Positions 1 through 16,460 of a stretch of DNA of 64,000 bases are shown here, piece by piece. Position numbers and translations under genes: made by a program. Each line of letters starts with the position of its first letter. Position 1 is the first letter of the stretch. This stretch comes from Eledone cirrhosa (Eukaryota): positions 8,246,001 to 8,310,000 of the forward strand of contig OZ024759.1 of NCBI GenBank assembly GCA_964016885.1, written 5' to 3'. Under the pieces are notes generated by a model. The model saw only the letters and a program-made list of their open reading frames with translations, had not been told where the DNA came from and searched no databases.

Positions 1-3000
1 TACAGCCAGTCGTTGGGGTGCCACTCTACATGTGCCACTGGTAGAGTCAGTCGTTGGGGTGCCACTCTACATGTGCCACTGGTACAGTCAGTCGTTGGGG
101 TGCCACTCTAGATGTGCCACTGGTAGAGCCAGTCGTTGGGGTGCCACTCTACATGTGCCACTGGTAGAGCCAGTCGTTGGGGTGCCACTCTACATGTGCC
201 ACTGGTAGAGTCAGTCGTTGGGGTGCCACTCTAGATGTGCCACTGGTAGAGCCAGTCGTTGGGGTGCCACTCTACATGTGCCACTGGTAGCCCAGTCGTT
301 GGGGTGCCATTCTAGATGTGCCACTGGTAGAGTCAGTCGCTGGGGTGCCACTCTAGATGTGCCACTGGTACAGCCAGTCGTTGGGGTGCCACTCTAGATG
401 TGCCACTGGTAGAGTCAGTCGCTGGGGTGCCACTCTAGATGTGCCACTGGTAGAGCCAGTCGTTGGGGTGCCACTCTACATGAGCCACTGGTACAGCCAG
501 TCATTGGGGTGCCACTCTACATGTGCCACTGGTAGAGCCAGTCGTTGGGGTGCCACTCTACATGTGCCATTGGTACAGCCAGTCGTTGGGGTGCCACTCT
601 AGATGTGCCACTGGTAGAGCCAGTCGTTGGGGTGCCACTCTAGATGTGCCACTGGTAGAGCCAGTTGTTGGGGTTCCACTCTAGATGTGCCACTGGTAGA
701 GTCAGTCGTTGGGGTGCCACTCTAGATGTGCCACTGGTAGAGTCAGTCGCTGGGGTGCCACTCTACATGTGCCACTGGTACAGCCAGTTGTTGGGGTGCC
801 ACTCTAGATGTGTCACTGGTACAGCCAGTCGTTGGGGTGCCACTCTACATGTCCCACTGGTACAGCCAGTCGTTGGGGTGCCACTCTACATGTGCCACTG
901 GTACAGCCAGTCGTTGGGGTACCACTCTAAATGTGCCACTGGTAGAGTCAGTCGTTGGGGTGCCACTCTACATGTGCCACTGGTACAGCCAGTCGCTGGG
1001 GTGCCACTCTAGATGTGCCACTGGTAGAGCCAGTCGTTAGGGTGCCACTCTACATGTGCCACTGGTACAGCCAGTCGTTGGGGTACCACTCTACATGTGC
1101 CACTGGTAGAGTCAGTCGTTGGGGTGCCACTCTACATGTGCCACTGGTAGAGTCAGTCGTTGGGGTGCCACTCAAGATGTGCCACTGGTAGAGTCAGTCG
1201 TTGGGGTCCCACACTAGATGTGCCACTGGTACAGCCTCTCGTTGGGGTGCCACTCTAGATGTGCCACTGGAACAGCCAGTCACTGGGGTGCCACTCTAGA
1301 TGTGCCAATGGTACAGCCAGTCGCTGGGGTGCCACTCTAGATGTGCCACTGGTACAGCCAGTCATTGGGGTGCCACTCTAGATGTTCCACTGGTAAAGTC
1401 AGTCGTTGGGGTTCCACTCTAGATGTGCCACTGGTACAGTCAGTCATTGGGGTGCCACTCTAGATGTTCCACTGGTAAAGTCAGTCGTTGGGGTTCCACT
1501 CTAGATGTGCCACTGGTACAGTCAGTCATTGGTGTGCCACACTAGATGTGCCACTGGTACAGCCAGTCACTGGGGTGCCACCCTAGATGTGCCACTGGTA
1601 CAGCCAGTCATTGGGGTGTCACTCTAGATGTGCCACTGGTACAGCCAGTCATTGGGGTACCACTCTAGATGTGCCACGGGTACAGCCAGTCATTGGGGTG
1701 TCACTCTAGATGTGCCACTGGTACAGCCAGTCATTGGGGTGCCACACTAGATGTGCCACTGGTACAGCCAGTCATTGGGGTGCCACCCTAGATGTGCCAC
1801 TGGTACAGCCAGTCATTGGCGTGCCACACTAGATGTGCCACTGGTACAGCCAGTCACTGGGGTGCCACCCTAGATGTGCCACTGGTACAGCCAGTCATTG
1901 GGGTGTCACTCTAGATGTGCCACTGGTACAGCCAGTCATTGGGGTGCCACACTAGATGTGCCACTGGTACAGCCAGTCATTGGGGTGTCACTCTAGATGT
2001 GCCACTGGTACAGCCAGTCATTGGGGTGCCACTCTACATGTGTCACTGGTACAGTCAGTCTTTGGGGTGCCACTCTAGATGTGCCACTGGTACAGCCAGT
2101 CGTTGGGATACCATTCTAGATGTGCCACTGGTAGAGCCAGTCGTTGGGGTGCCACTCTAGATATGGTACTGGTACAGTCAGTCATTGGGGTGCCCCTCTA
2201 GATGTGCAACTGGTACAGCCAGTCATTAAGGTGCCACTCTAGATGTGCCACTGGTACAGCCAGTCATTGGGGTGCCACTCTAGATGTGCCACTGGTACAG
2301 CCAGTTGTTGGGGTCCCAAACTAGATGTGCTACTGGTAGAGTCAGTCGTTGGGGTTCCACTCTACATGTGCCACTGGTAGAGTCAGTCGTTGGGGTGCCA
2401 CTCTAGATGTGCCACTGGTACAGTCAGTTGTTGGGGTCCCAAACTAGATGTGCTACTGGTACAACCAGTTGTTGGGGTGCCACTCTAGATGTGCCACTGG
2501 TACAGCCAGTCGTTGGGGTCTCACACTAGATGTGCCACTGGTACAACCAGTCGTTGGGGTGCCACTCTAGATGTGCCACTGGTACAGCCAGTCGTTGGGG
2601 TGCCACTCTAGATGTGCCACTGGTACAGCCAGTCATTGGGGTGCCACTCTAGATGTGACACTGGTACAGCCAGTCATTGGGGTGCAATTCTAGATGTGCC
2701 ACTGGTACAATCAGTCGTTGGGGTTCCACTCTAGATGTGCCACTGGTACAGCCAGTCATTGGGGTGCCACTCTAGATGTGCCACTGGTACAGACAGTCAT
2801 TGGGGTGTAATTCTAGATGTGCCACTGGTACAATCAGTCGTTGGGGTTCCACTCTAGATGTGCAAGTGATACAGACAGTCATTGGGGTGTCACTCTAGAT
2901 GTGCCACTGGTACAGTCAGTCGTTGGGGTGGCACTCTAGGTGTGTTACTGGTACAGCCAGTCATTGGCGCGCCACTCTAGAAGAACCACTGGCACAGCCA

Positions 3001-3174
3001 GTCATTGGGGTACCACTCTAGATGTACCACTGGTACAGCCAGTCATTGGGGTACCACTCTAGATGTACCACTGGTACAGCCAGTCATTAGGGTGCCACAC
3101 TAGATGTGCCACTGGTACAGCCAATTGTTGGGGGTGTCACTCTAGGTGTGTCACTCTAGGGTGCCACTCTAGGT
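1..3174. repeat. 41-bp tandem satellite (TACAGCCAGTCGTTGGGGTGCCACTCTAGATGTGCCACTGG), about 76 units, runs off the left edge
   Basis: Directly visible 41-bp periodicity. Each unit has GTGCCACT twice and an ACTGG-N5-CCAGT hairpin. Degenerates toward ~2900-3170. Confidence 0.97.
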
Positions 3175-6100
3175 GTGACAGTATATATAACTACTGTGGT
3201 AGGATATATAACTACTGTGACAGGATATATAACAGCTGTGGTAGGATATATAACTACTGTGGTAGGATATATAACTACTGTGGTAGGATATATAACTACT
3301 GTGGTAGGATATATAACTACTGTGACAGGATATATAACTACTGTTACAGGATATATAACTACTGTGACAGGATATATAACTACTGTGACAGGATATATAA
3401 CTACTGTGACAGGATATATAACTACTGTGGTAGGATATATAACTACTGTGGTAGGATATATAACTACTGTGGTAGGATATATAACTACTGTGGTAGGATA
3501 TATAACTAATGTGGTAGGATATATAACTACTGTGACAGGATATATAACTACTGTGGTAGGATATATAACTACTGTGGTAGGATATATAACTACTGTGACA
3601 GGATATATAACTACTGTGGTAGGATATATAACTACTGTGACAGGATATATAACTTTTGTGGTAGGATATATAACTACTGTAGTAGGATATATAACTACTG
3701 TGACAGGATATATAACTACTGTGGTAGGATATATAACTACTGTGGTAGGATATATAACTACTGTGGTAGGATATATAACTACTGTGACAGGATATATAAC
3801 TACTGTGGTAGGATATATAACTACTGTGACAGGATATATAACTACTGTGGTAGGATATATAACTACTGTGGTAGGATATATAACTACTGTGGTAGGATAT
3901 ATAACTACTGTGGTAGGATATATAACTACTGTGGTAGGATATATAACTACTGTGGTAGGATATATAACTACTGTGGTAGGATATATAACTACTGTGACAG
4001 GATATATAACTACTGTGACAGGATATATAACTACTGTGGTAGGATATACAACTACTGTGGTAGGATATATAACTACTGTGGTAGGATATATAACTACTGT
4101 GGTAGGATATATAACTACTGTGACAGGATATATAACTACTGTGGTAGGATATATAACTACTGTGACAGGATATATAACTACTGTGGCAGGATATATAACT
4201 ACTGTGGTAGGATATATAACTACTGTGGTAGGATATATAACTACTGTGGTAGGATATATAACTACTGTGGTAGGATATATAACTACTGTGGTAGGATATA
4301 TAACTACTGTGGTAGGATATATAACTACTGTGACAGGATATATAACTACTGTGGTAGGATATATAACTACTGTGACAGGATATATAACTACTGTGACAGG
4401 ATATATAACTACTGTGACAGGATATATAACTACTGTGGTAGGATATATAACTACTGTGGTAGGATATATAACTACTGTGGTAGGATATATAACTACTGTG
4501 ACAGGATACATAACTACTGTGGCAGGATATATAACTACTGTGACAGGATATATAACTACTGTGGTAGGATATATAACTACTGTGACAGGATATATAACTA
4601 CTGTGGAAGTATATATAACTACTGTGGTAGGATATATAACTACTGTGGTAGGATATATAACTACTGTGACAGGATATATAACTACTGTGGTAGGATATAT
4701 AACTACTGTGGTAGGATATATAACTACTGTGACAGGATATATAACTACTGTGACAGGATATATAACTACTGTGGTAGGATATATAACTACTGTGACAGGA
4801 TATATAACTACTGTGGTAGTATATATAACTACTGTGGTAGGATATATAACTACTGTGGTAGGATATATAACTACTGTGACATGATATATAACTACTGTGG
4901 TAGGATATATAACTACTGTGGTAGGATATATAACTACTGTGGTAGGATATATAACTACTGTGGCAGGATATATAACTACTGTGACAGGATATATAACTAC
5001 TGTGGTAGGATATATAACTGCTGTGGTAGGATATATAACTACTGTGGTAGGATATATAACTACTGTGGCAGGATATATAACTACTGTGGTAGGATATATA
5101 ACTACTGTGGTAGGATATATAACTACTGTGGTAGGATATATAACTACTGTGGTAGGATATATAACTACTGTGACAGGATATATAACTACTGTGACAGGAT
5201 ATATAACTACTGTGGTAGGATATATAACTACTGTGGTAGGATATATAACTACTGTGGTAGGATATATAAATACTGTGGTAGGATATATAACTACTGTGGC
5301 AGGATATATAACTACTGTGGTAGGATATATAACTACTGTGACAGGATATATAACTACTGTGGTAGGATATATAACTACTGTGGTAGGATATATAACTACT
5401 GTGGTAGGATATATAACTACTGTGGTAGGATATATAACTACCGTGGTAGGATATATAACTACTGTGGTAGGATATATAACTACTGTGGTAGGATATATAA
5501 CTACTGTGACAGGATATATAACTACTGTGGTAGGATATATAACTACTGTGGTAGGATATATAACTACTGTGGTAGGATATATAACTACTGTGACAGGATA
5601 TATAACTACTGTGGTAGGATATATAACTACTGTGACAGGATATATAACTACTGTGGTAGGATATATAACTACTGTGACAGGATATATAACTACTGTGGTA
5701 GGATATATAACTACTGTGGTAGGATATATAACTACTGTGACAGGATATATAACTACTGTGGCAGGATATATAACTACTGTGGTAGGATATATAACTACTG
5801 TGACAGGATATATAACTACTGTGGTAGGATATATAACTACTGTGGTAGGATATATAACTACTGTGGTAGGATATATAACTACTGTGGTAGGATATATAAC
5901 TACTGTGGTAGGATATATAACTACTGTGACAGGATATATAACTACTGTGGTAGGATATATAACTACTGTGACAGGATATGTAACTACTGTGACAGGATAT
6001 ATAACTACTGTGGTAGGATATATAACTACTGTGGTAGGATATATAACTACTGTGGTAGGATATATAACTACTGTGGTAGGATATATAACTACTGTGGTAG

Positions 6101-9100
6101 GATATATAACTACTGTGACAGGATATATAACTACTGTGGTAGGATATATAACTACTGTGACAGGATATATAACTACTGTGACAGGATATATAACTACTGT
6201 GGTAGGATATATAACTACTGTGGTAGGATATATAACTACTGTGGTAGGATATATAACTACTGTGGTAGGATATATAACTACTGTGACAGGATATATAACT
6301 ACTGTGACAGGATATATAACTACTGTGGTAGGATATATAACTACTGTGGTAGGATATATAACTACTGTGGTAGGATATATAACTACTGTGGTAGGATATA
6401 TAACTACTGTGGTAGGATATATAACTACTGTGACAGGATATATAACTACTGTGACAGGATATATAACTACTGTGACAGGATATATAACTACTGTGACAGG
6501 ATATATAACTACTGTGGTAGGATATATAACTACTGTGACAGGATATATAACTACTGTGACAGGATATATAACTACTGTGGTAGGATATATAACTACTGTG
6601 GTAGGATATATAACTACTGTGACAGGATATATAACTACTGTGGCAGGATATATAACTACTGTGGTAGGATATATAACTACTGTGACAGGATATATAACTA
6701 CTGTGGTAGGATATATAACTACTGTGACAGGATATATAACTACTGTGGTAGGATATATAACTACTGTGGTAGGATATATAACTACTGTGACAGGATATAT
6801 AACTACTGTGGTAGGATATATAACTACTGTGACAGGATATATAACTACTGTGGCAGGATATATAACTACTGTGACAGGATATATAACTACTGTGGCAGGA
6901 TATATAACTACTGTGACAGGATATATAAGTACTGTGGCAGGATATATAACTACTGTGACAGGATATATAACTACTGTGGTAGGATATATAACTACTGTGA
7001 CAGGATATATAACTACTGTGGTAGGATATATAACTACTGTGACAGGATATATAACTACTGTGGTAGGATATATAACTACTGTGACAGGATATATAACTAC
7101 TGTGGTAGGATATATAACTACTGTGACAGGATATATAACTACTGTGGTAGGATATATAACTACTGTGGTAGGATATATAACTACTGTGGTAGGATATATA
7201 ACTACTGTGGTAGGATATATAACTACTGTGGTAGGATATATAACTACTGTGGTAGGATATATAACTACTGTGACAGGATATATAACTACTGTGGTAGGAT
7301 ATATAACTACTGTGGTAGGATATATAACTACTGTGACAGGATATATAACTACTGTGGTAGGATATATAACTACTGTGGTATCATATATAACTACTGTGAC
7401 AGGATATATAACTACTGTGGTAGGATATATAACTACTGTGGTAGGATATATAACTACTGTGGTAGGATATATAACTACTGTGGTAGGATATATAACTACT
7501 GTGACAGGATATATAACTACTGTGGTAGGATATATAACTACTGTGGTAGGATATATAACTACTGTGGTAGGATATATAACTACTGTGGTAGGATATATAA
7601 CTACTGTGGTAGGATATATAACTACTGTGGTAGGATATATAACTACTGTGGTAGGATATACAACTACTGTGACAGGATATATAACTACTGTGGTAGGATA
7701 TATAACTACTGTGACAGGATATATAACTACTGTGGTAGGATATATAACTACTGTGGTAGGATATATAACTACTGTGGTAGGATATATAACTACTGTGGTA
7801 GGATATATAACTACTGTGGTAGGATATATAACTACTGTGGTAGGATATATAACTACTGTGGTAGGATATATAACTACTGTGACAGGATATATAACTACTG
7901 TGGTAGGATATATAACTACTGTGACAGGATATATAACTACTGTGGTAGGATATATAACTACTGTGGTAGGATATATAACTACTGTGGTAGGATATATAAC
8001 TACTGTGGTAGGATATATAACTACTGTGGTAGGATATATAACTACTGTGACAGGATATATAACTACTGTGGTAGGATATATAACTACTGTGGTAGGATAT
8101 ATAACTACTGTGGTAGGATATATAACTACTGTGGTAGGATATACAACTACTGTGACAGGATATATAACTACTGTGGTAGGATATATAACTACTGTGACAG
8201 GATATATAACTACAGTGGTAGGATATATAACTACTGTGACAGGATAATTAACTACTGTGGTAGGATATATAACTACTGTGGTAGGATATATAACTACTGT
8301 GGTAGGATATATAACTACTGTGACAGGATATATAACTACTGTGACAGGATATATAACTACTGTGGTAGGATATATAACTACTGTGGTAGGATATATAACT
8401 ACTGTGACAGGATATATAACTACTGTGGTAGGATATATAACTACTGTGACAGTATATATAACTACTGTGGTAGGATATATAACTACTGTGACAGGATATA
8501 TAACTACTGTGGTAGGATATATAACTACTGTGGTAGGATATATAACTACTGTGGTAGGATATATAACTACTGTGGTAGGATATATAACTACTGTGACAGG
8601 ATATATAACTACTGTGGTAGGATATATAACTACTGTGACAGGATATATAACTACTGTGACAGGATATATAACTACTGTGGTAGGATATATAACTACTGTG
8701 ACAGGATATATAACTACTGTGGTAGGATATATAACTACTGTGGTAGGATATATAACTACTGTGACAGGATATATAACTACTGTGACAGGATATATAACTA
8801 CTGTGGTAGGATATATAACTACTGTGGTAGGATATATAACTACTGTGGTAGGATATATAACTACTGTGACAGGATATATAACTACTGTGGTAGGATATAT
8901 AACTACTGTGGTAGGATATGTAACTACTGTGGTAGGATATATAACTACTGTGGTTGGATATATAACTACTGTGGTAGGATATATAACTACTGTGGCAGGA
9001 TATATAACTACTGTGGTAGGATATATAACTACTGTGGTAGGATATATAACTACTGTGACAGGATATATAACTACTGTGACAGGATATATAACTACTGTGA

Positions 9101-12100
9101 CAGGATATATAACTACTGTGGTAGGATATATAACTACTGTGGTAGGATATATAACTACTGTGGTAGGATATATAACTACTGTGACAGGATATATAACTAC
9201 TGTGGCAGGATATATAACTACTGTGGTAGGATATATAACTACTGTGGTAGGATATATAACTACTGTGACAGGATATATAACTACTGTGACAGGATATATA
9301 ACTACTGTGGTAGGATATATAACTACTGTGGTAGGATATATAACTACTGTGGTAGGATATATAACTACTGTGACAGGATATATAACTACTGTGGCAGGAT
9401 ATATAACTACTGTGGTAGGATATATAACTACTGTGGTAGGATATATAACTACTGTGGCAGGATATATAACTACTGTGGTAGGATATATAACTACTGTGGT
9501 AGGATATATAACTACTGTGGTAGGATATATAACTACTGTGGTAGGATATATAACTACTGTGGTAGGATATATAACTACTGTGACAGGATATATAACTACT
9601 GTGGTAGGATATATAACTACTGTGGTAGGATATATAACTACTGTGGCAGGATATATAACTACTGTGGTAGGATATATAACTACTGTGACAGGATATATAA
9701 CTACTGTGACAGGATATATAACTACTGTGACAGGATATATAACTACTGTGACAGGATATATAACTACTGTGACAGGATATATAACTACTGTGGTAGGATA
9801 TATAACTACTGTGGTAGGATATATAACTACTGTGACAGGATATATAACTTCTGTGGTAGGATATATAACTACTGTGGTAGGATATATAACTACTGTGACA
9901 GGATATATAACTACTGTGGTAGGATATATAACTACTGTGGTAGGATATATAACTACTGTGGTAGGATATATAACTACTGTGACAGGATATATAACTACTG
10001 TGACAGGATATATAACTACTGTGGTAGGATATATAACTACTGTGGTAGGATATATAACTACTGTGACAGGATATATAACTACTGTGGTAGGATATATAAC
10101 TACTGTGGTAGGATATATAACTACTGTGACAGGATATATAACTACTGTGGTAGGATATATAACTACTGTGGTAGGATATATAACTACTGTGGTAGGATAT
10201 ATAACTACTCTGGTAGGAAATATAACTACTGTTGTAGGATATATAACTACTGTGACAGGATATATAACTACTGTGACAGGATATATAACTACTGTGACAG
10301 GATATATAACTACTGTGGTAGGATATATAACTACTGTGACAGGATATATAACTACTGTGGTAGGATATATAACTACTGTGGTAGGATATATAACTACTGT
10401 GGTAGGATATATAACTACTGTGACAGGATATATAACTACTGTGACAGGATATATAACTACTGTGGTAGGATATATAACTACTCTGGTAGGATATATAACT
10501 ACTGTGGTAGGATATATAACTACTGTGACAGGATATATAACTACTGTGACAGGATATATAACTACTGTGGTAGGATATATAACTACTGTGGTAGGATATA
10601 TAACTACTGTGGTAGGATATATAACTACTGTGGTAGGATATATAACTACTGTGACAGGATATATAACTACTGTGACAGGATATATAACTACTGTGACAGG
10701 ATATATAACTACTGTGACAGGATATATAACTACTGTGACAGGATATATAACTACTGTGGTAGGATATATAACTACTGTGGTAGGATATATAACTACTGTG
10801 GCAGGATATATAACTACTGTGGTAGGATATATAACTACTGTGGTAGGATATATAACTACTGTGACAGGATATATAACTACTGTGACAGGATATATAACTA
10901 CTGTGGTAGGATATATAACTACTGTGGTAGGATATATAACTACTGTGGTAGGATATATAACTACTGTGGTAGGATATATAACTACTGTGACAGGATATAT
11001 AACTACTGTGGTAGGATATATAACTACTGTTGTAGGATATATAACTACTGTGGTAGGATATATAACTACTCTGGTAGGATATATAACTACTGTGGCAGGA
11101 TATATAACTACTGTGGTAGGATATATAACTACTGTGGTAGGATATATAACTACTGTGACAGGATATATAACTACTGTGACAGGATATATAACTACTGTGG
11201 TAGGATATATAACTACTGTGGTAGGATATATAACTACTGTGGTAGGATATATAACTACTGTGGTAGGATATATAACTACTGTGGTAGGATATATAACTAC
11301 TGTGACAGGATATATAACTACTGTGGTAGGATATATAACTACTGTGGTAGGATATATAACTACTGTGGCAGGATATATAACTACTGTGGTAGGATATATA
11401 ACTACTGTGGTAGGATATATAACTACTGTGGTAGGATATATAACTACTGTGGTAGGATATATAACTACTGTGGTAGGATATATAACTACTGTGACAGGAT
11501 ATATAACTACTGTGGTAGGATATATAACTACTGTGGTAGGATATATAACTACTGTGGCAGGATATATAACTACTGTGGTAGGATATATAACTACTGTGAC
11601 AGGATATATAACTACTGTGACAGGATATATAACTACTGTGACAGGATATATAACTACTGTGACAGGATATATAACTACTGTGACAGGATATATAACTACT
11701 GTGGTAGGATATATAACTACTGTGGTAGGATATATAACTACTGTGACAGGATATATAACTACTGTGGTAGGATATATAACTACTGTGGTAGGATATATAA
11801 CTACTGTGACAGGATATATAACTACTGTGGTAGGATATATAACTACTGTGGTAGGATATATAACTACTGTGGTAGGATATATAACTACTGTGACAGGATA
11901 TATAACTACTGTGACAGGATATATAACTACTGTGGTAGGATATATAACTACTGTGGTAGGATATATAACTACTGTGACAGGATATATAACTACTGTGGTA
12001 GGATATATAACTACTGTGGTAGGATATATAACTACTGTGACAGGATATATAACTACTGTGGTAGGATATATAACTACTGTGGTAGGATATATAACTACTG

Positions 12101-15100
12101 TGGTAGGATATATAACTACTCTGGTAGGATATATAACTACTGTGGTAGGATATATAACTACTGTGACAGGATATATAACTACTGTGACAGGATATATAAC
12201 TACTGTGACAGGATATATAACTACTGTGGTAGGATATATAACTACTGTGACAGGATATATAACTACTGTGGTAGGATATATAACTACTGTGGTAGGATAT
12301 ATAACTACTGTGGTAGGATATATAACTACTGTGACAGGATATATAACTACTGTGACAGGATATATAACTACTGTGGTAGGATATATAACTACTCTGGTAG
12401 GATATATAACTACTGTGGTAGGATATATAACTACTGTGACAGGATATATAACTACCGTGACAGGATATATAACTACTGTGGTAGGATATATAACTACTGT
12501 GGTAGGATATATAACTACTGTGGTAGGATATATAACTACTGTGGTAGGATATATAACTACTGTGGTAGGATATATAACTACTGTGACAGGATATATAACT
12601 ACTGTGACAGGATATATAACTACTGTGACAGGATATATAACTACTGTGACAGGATATATAACTACTGTGGTAGGATATATAACTACTGTGGTAGGATATA
12701 TAACTACTGTGGCAGGATATATAACTACTGTGGTAGGATATATAACTACTGTGGTAGGATATATAACTACTGTGACAGGATATATAACTACTGTGACAGG
12801 ATATATAACTACTGTGGTAGGATATATAACTACTGTGGTAGGATATATAACTACTGTGGTAGGATATATAACTACTGTGGTAGGATATATAACTACTGTG
12901 ACAGGATATATAACTACTGTGACAGGATATATAACTACTGTGGTAGGATATATAACTAGTGTGGCAGGATATATAACTACTGTGACAGGATATAACTACT
13001 GTGACAGGATATATAACTACTGTGGTAGGATATATAACTACTGTGGTAGGATATATAACTACTGTGGTAGGATATATAACTACTGTGGTAGGATATATAA
13101 CTACTGTGACAGGATATATAACTACTGTGGTAGGATATATAACTACTGTGGTAGGATATATAACTACTGTGGTAGGATATATAACTACTGTGGTAGGATA
13201 TATAACTACTGTGACAGGATATATAACTACTGTGACAGGATATATAACTACTGTGGTAGGATATATAACTACTGTGGTAGGATATATAACTACTGTGGTA
13301 GGATATATAACTACTGTGACAGGATATATAACTACTGTGACAGGATATATAACTACTGTGGTAGGATATATAACTACTGTGGTAGGATATATAACTACTG
13401 TGGTAGGATATATAACTACTGTGGTAGGATATATAACTACTGTGACAGGATATATAACTACTGTGGTAGGATATATAACTACTGTGACAGGATATATAAC
13501 TACTGTGGTAGGATATATAACTACTGTGGTAGGATATATAACTACTGTGGTAGGATATATAACTACTGTGGTAGGATATATAACTACTGTGGTAGGATAT
13601 ATAACTACTGTGGTAGGATATATAACTACTGTGACAGGATATATAACTACTGTGGTAGGATATATAACTACTGTGACAGGATATATAACTACTGTGACAG
13701 GATATATAACTACTGTGGTAGGATATATAACTACTGTGGTAGGATATATAACTACTGTGGTAGGATATATAACTACTGTGGTAGGATATATAACTACTGT
13801 GGTAGGATATATAACTACTGTGGTAGGATATATAACTACTGTGACAGGATATATAACTACTGTGACAGGATATATAACTACTGTGACAGGATATATAACT
13901 ACTGTGACAGGATATATAACTACTGTGGTAGGATATATAACTACTGTGACAGGATATATAACTACTGTGGTAGGATATATAACTACTGTGACAGGATATA
14001 TAACTACTGTGGTAGGATATATAACTACTGTGGTAGGATATATAACTACTGTGGTAGGATATATAACTACTGTGACAGGATATATAACTACTGTGACAGG
14101 ATATATAACTACTGTGGTAGGATATATAACTACTGTGGTAGGATATATAACTACTGTGACAGGATATATAACTACTGTGACAGGATATATAACTACTGTG
14201 ACAGGATATATAACTACTGTGGTAGGATATATAACTACTGTGACAGGATATATAACTACTGTGGTAGGATATATAACTACTGTGGTAGGATATATAACTA
14301 CTGTGACAGGATATATAACTACTGTGACAGGATATATAACTACTGTGACAGGATATATAACTACTGTGGTAGGATATATAACTACTGTGACAGGATATAT
14401 AACTACTGTGGTAGGATATATAACTACTGTGGTAGGATATATAACTACTGTGACAGGATATATAACTACTGTGACAGGATATATAACTACTGTGACAGGA
14501 TATATAACTACTGTGGTAGGATATATAACTACTGTGGTAGGATATATAACTACTGTGACAGGATATATAACTACTGTGGCAGGATATATAACTACTGTGG
14601 TAGGATATATAACTACTGTGGTAGGATATATAACTACTGTGACAGGATATATAACTACTGTGGTATCATATATAACTACTGTGGTAGGATATATAACTAC
14701 TGTGGTAGGATATATAACTACTGTGGTAGGATATATAACTACTGTGGCAGGATATATAACTACTGTGGTAGGATATATAACTACTGTGACAGGATACATA
14801 ACTACTGTGGTAGGATATATAACTACTGTGGTAGGATATATAACTACTGTGGTATCATATATAACTACTGTGGTAGGATATATAACTACTGTGGTAGGAT
14901 ATATAACTACTGTGGTATCATATATAACTACTGTGACAGGATATATAACTACTGTAGTAGGATATATAACTACTGTGGTAGGATATATAACTACTGTGGT
15001 AGGATATATAACTACTGTGACAGGATATATAACTACTGTGGTAGGATATATAACTACTGTGGTAGGATATATAACTACTGTGGTAGGATATATAACTACT

Positions 15101-16377
15101 GTGCTAGGATATATAACTACTGTGACAGGATATATAACTACTGTGGTAGGATATATAACTACTGTGGTAGGATATATAACTACTGTGGTATCATATATAA
15201 CTACTGTGGTAGGATATATAACTACTGTGGTAGGATATATAACTACTGTGGTATCATATATAACTACTGTGACAGGATATATAACTACTGTGGTAGGATA
15301 TATAACTACTGTGGTAGGATATATAACTACTGTGACAGGATATATAACTACTGTGCTAGGATATATAACTACTGTGGTAGGATATATAACTACTGTGACA
15401 GGATATATAACTACTGTGACAGGATATATAACTACTGTGGTAGGATATATAACTACTGTGGTAGGATATATAACTACTGTGGTAGGATATATAACTACTG
15501 TGACAGGATATATAACTACTGTGACAGGATATATAACTACTGTGACAGGATATATAACTACAGTGGTAGGATATATAACTACTGTGACAGGATATATAAC
15601 TACTGTGGTAGGATATATAACTACTGTGGTAGGATATATAACTACTGTGGTAGGATATATAACTACTGTGGTAGGATATATAACTACTGTGACAGGATAT
15701 ACAACTACTGTGACAGGATATATAACTACTGTGACAGGATATATAACTACTGTGGTAGGATATATAACTACTGTGGTAGGATATATAACTACTGTGGTAG
15801 GATATATAACTACTGTGGTAGGATATATAACTACTGTGGCAGGATATATAACTACTGTGGTAGGATATATAACTACTGTGACAGGATATATAACTACTGT
15901 GGTAGGATATATAACTACTGTGGTAGGATATATAAATACTGTGGTAGGATATATAACTACTGTGGCAGGATATACAACTACTGTGGTAGGATATATAACT
16001 ACTGTGGTAGGATATATAACTACTGTGGTAGGATATATAACTACTGTGACAGGATATATAACTACTGTGGTAGGATATATAACTACTGTGGTAGGATATA
16101 TAACTACTGTGACAGGATATATAACTACTGTGGTAGGATATATAACTACTGTGACAGGATATATAACTACTGTGGTAGGATATATAACTACTGTGACAGG
16201 ATATATAACTACTGTGACAGGATATATAACTACTGTGGTAGGATATATAACTACTGTGGTAGGATATATAACTACTGTGGTAGGATATATAACTACTGTG
16301 ACAGGATATATAACTACTGTGGTAGGATATATAACTACTGTGGTAGGATATATAACTACTGTGACAGGATATATAAC
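3175..16377. repeat. 21-bp minisatellite (AGGATATATAACTACTGTG[GT/AC]), about 630 units, 13.2 kb
   Basis: Near-perfect 21-bp period with two major variants (GGT, GAC) and a single 2-bp deletion near 12990. Source of the YNYCGRI/ITTVVGY ORFs. Confidence 0.98.
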
Positions 16378-16460
16378 CAAACTCAGCAAACTTCTCTCTT
16401 TTCACTATCACCAGGAGTGGTTCCTGTCTACCAGCATATTTGTTAACTTGTTGTTTTGTG
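16378..16460 (-). CDS. Candidate exon/gene fragment D (TKQQVNKYAGRQEPLLVIVKREKFAEF) of a putative NPHP3-like gene
   Basis: Short unique island between two satellites, open on the minus strand, AG at 16462-16461 and GT at 16377-16376. KRxxFAE resembles recalled NPHP3 YKRGHFAEL. A plus-strand polypyrimidine-CAG is also present, so strand is uncertain. Confidence 0.3.
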
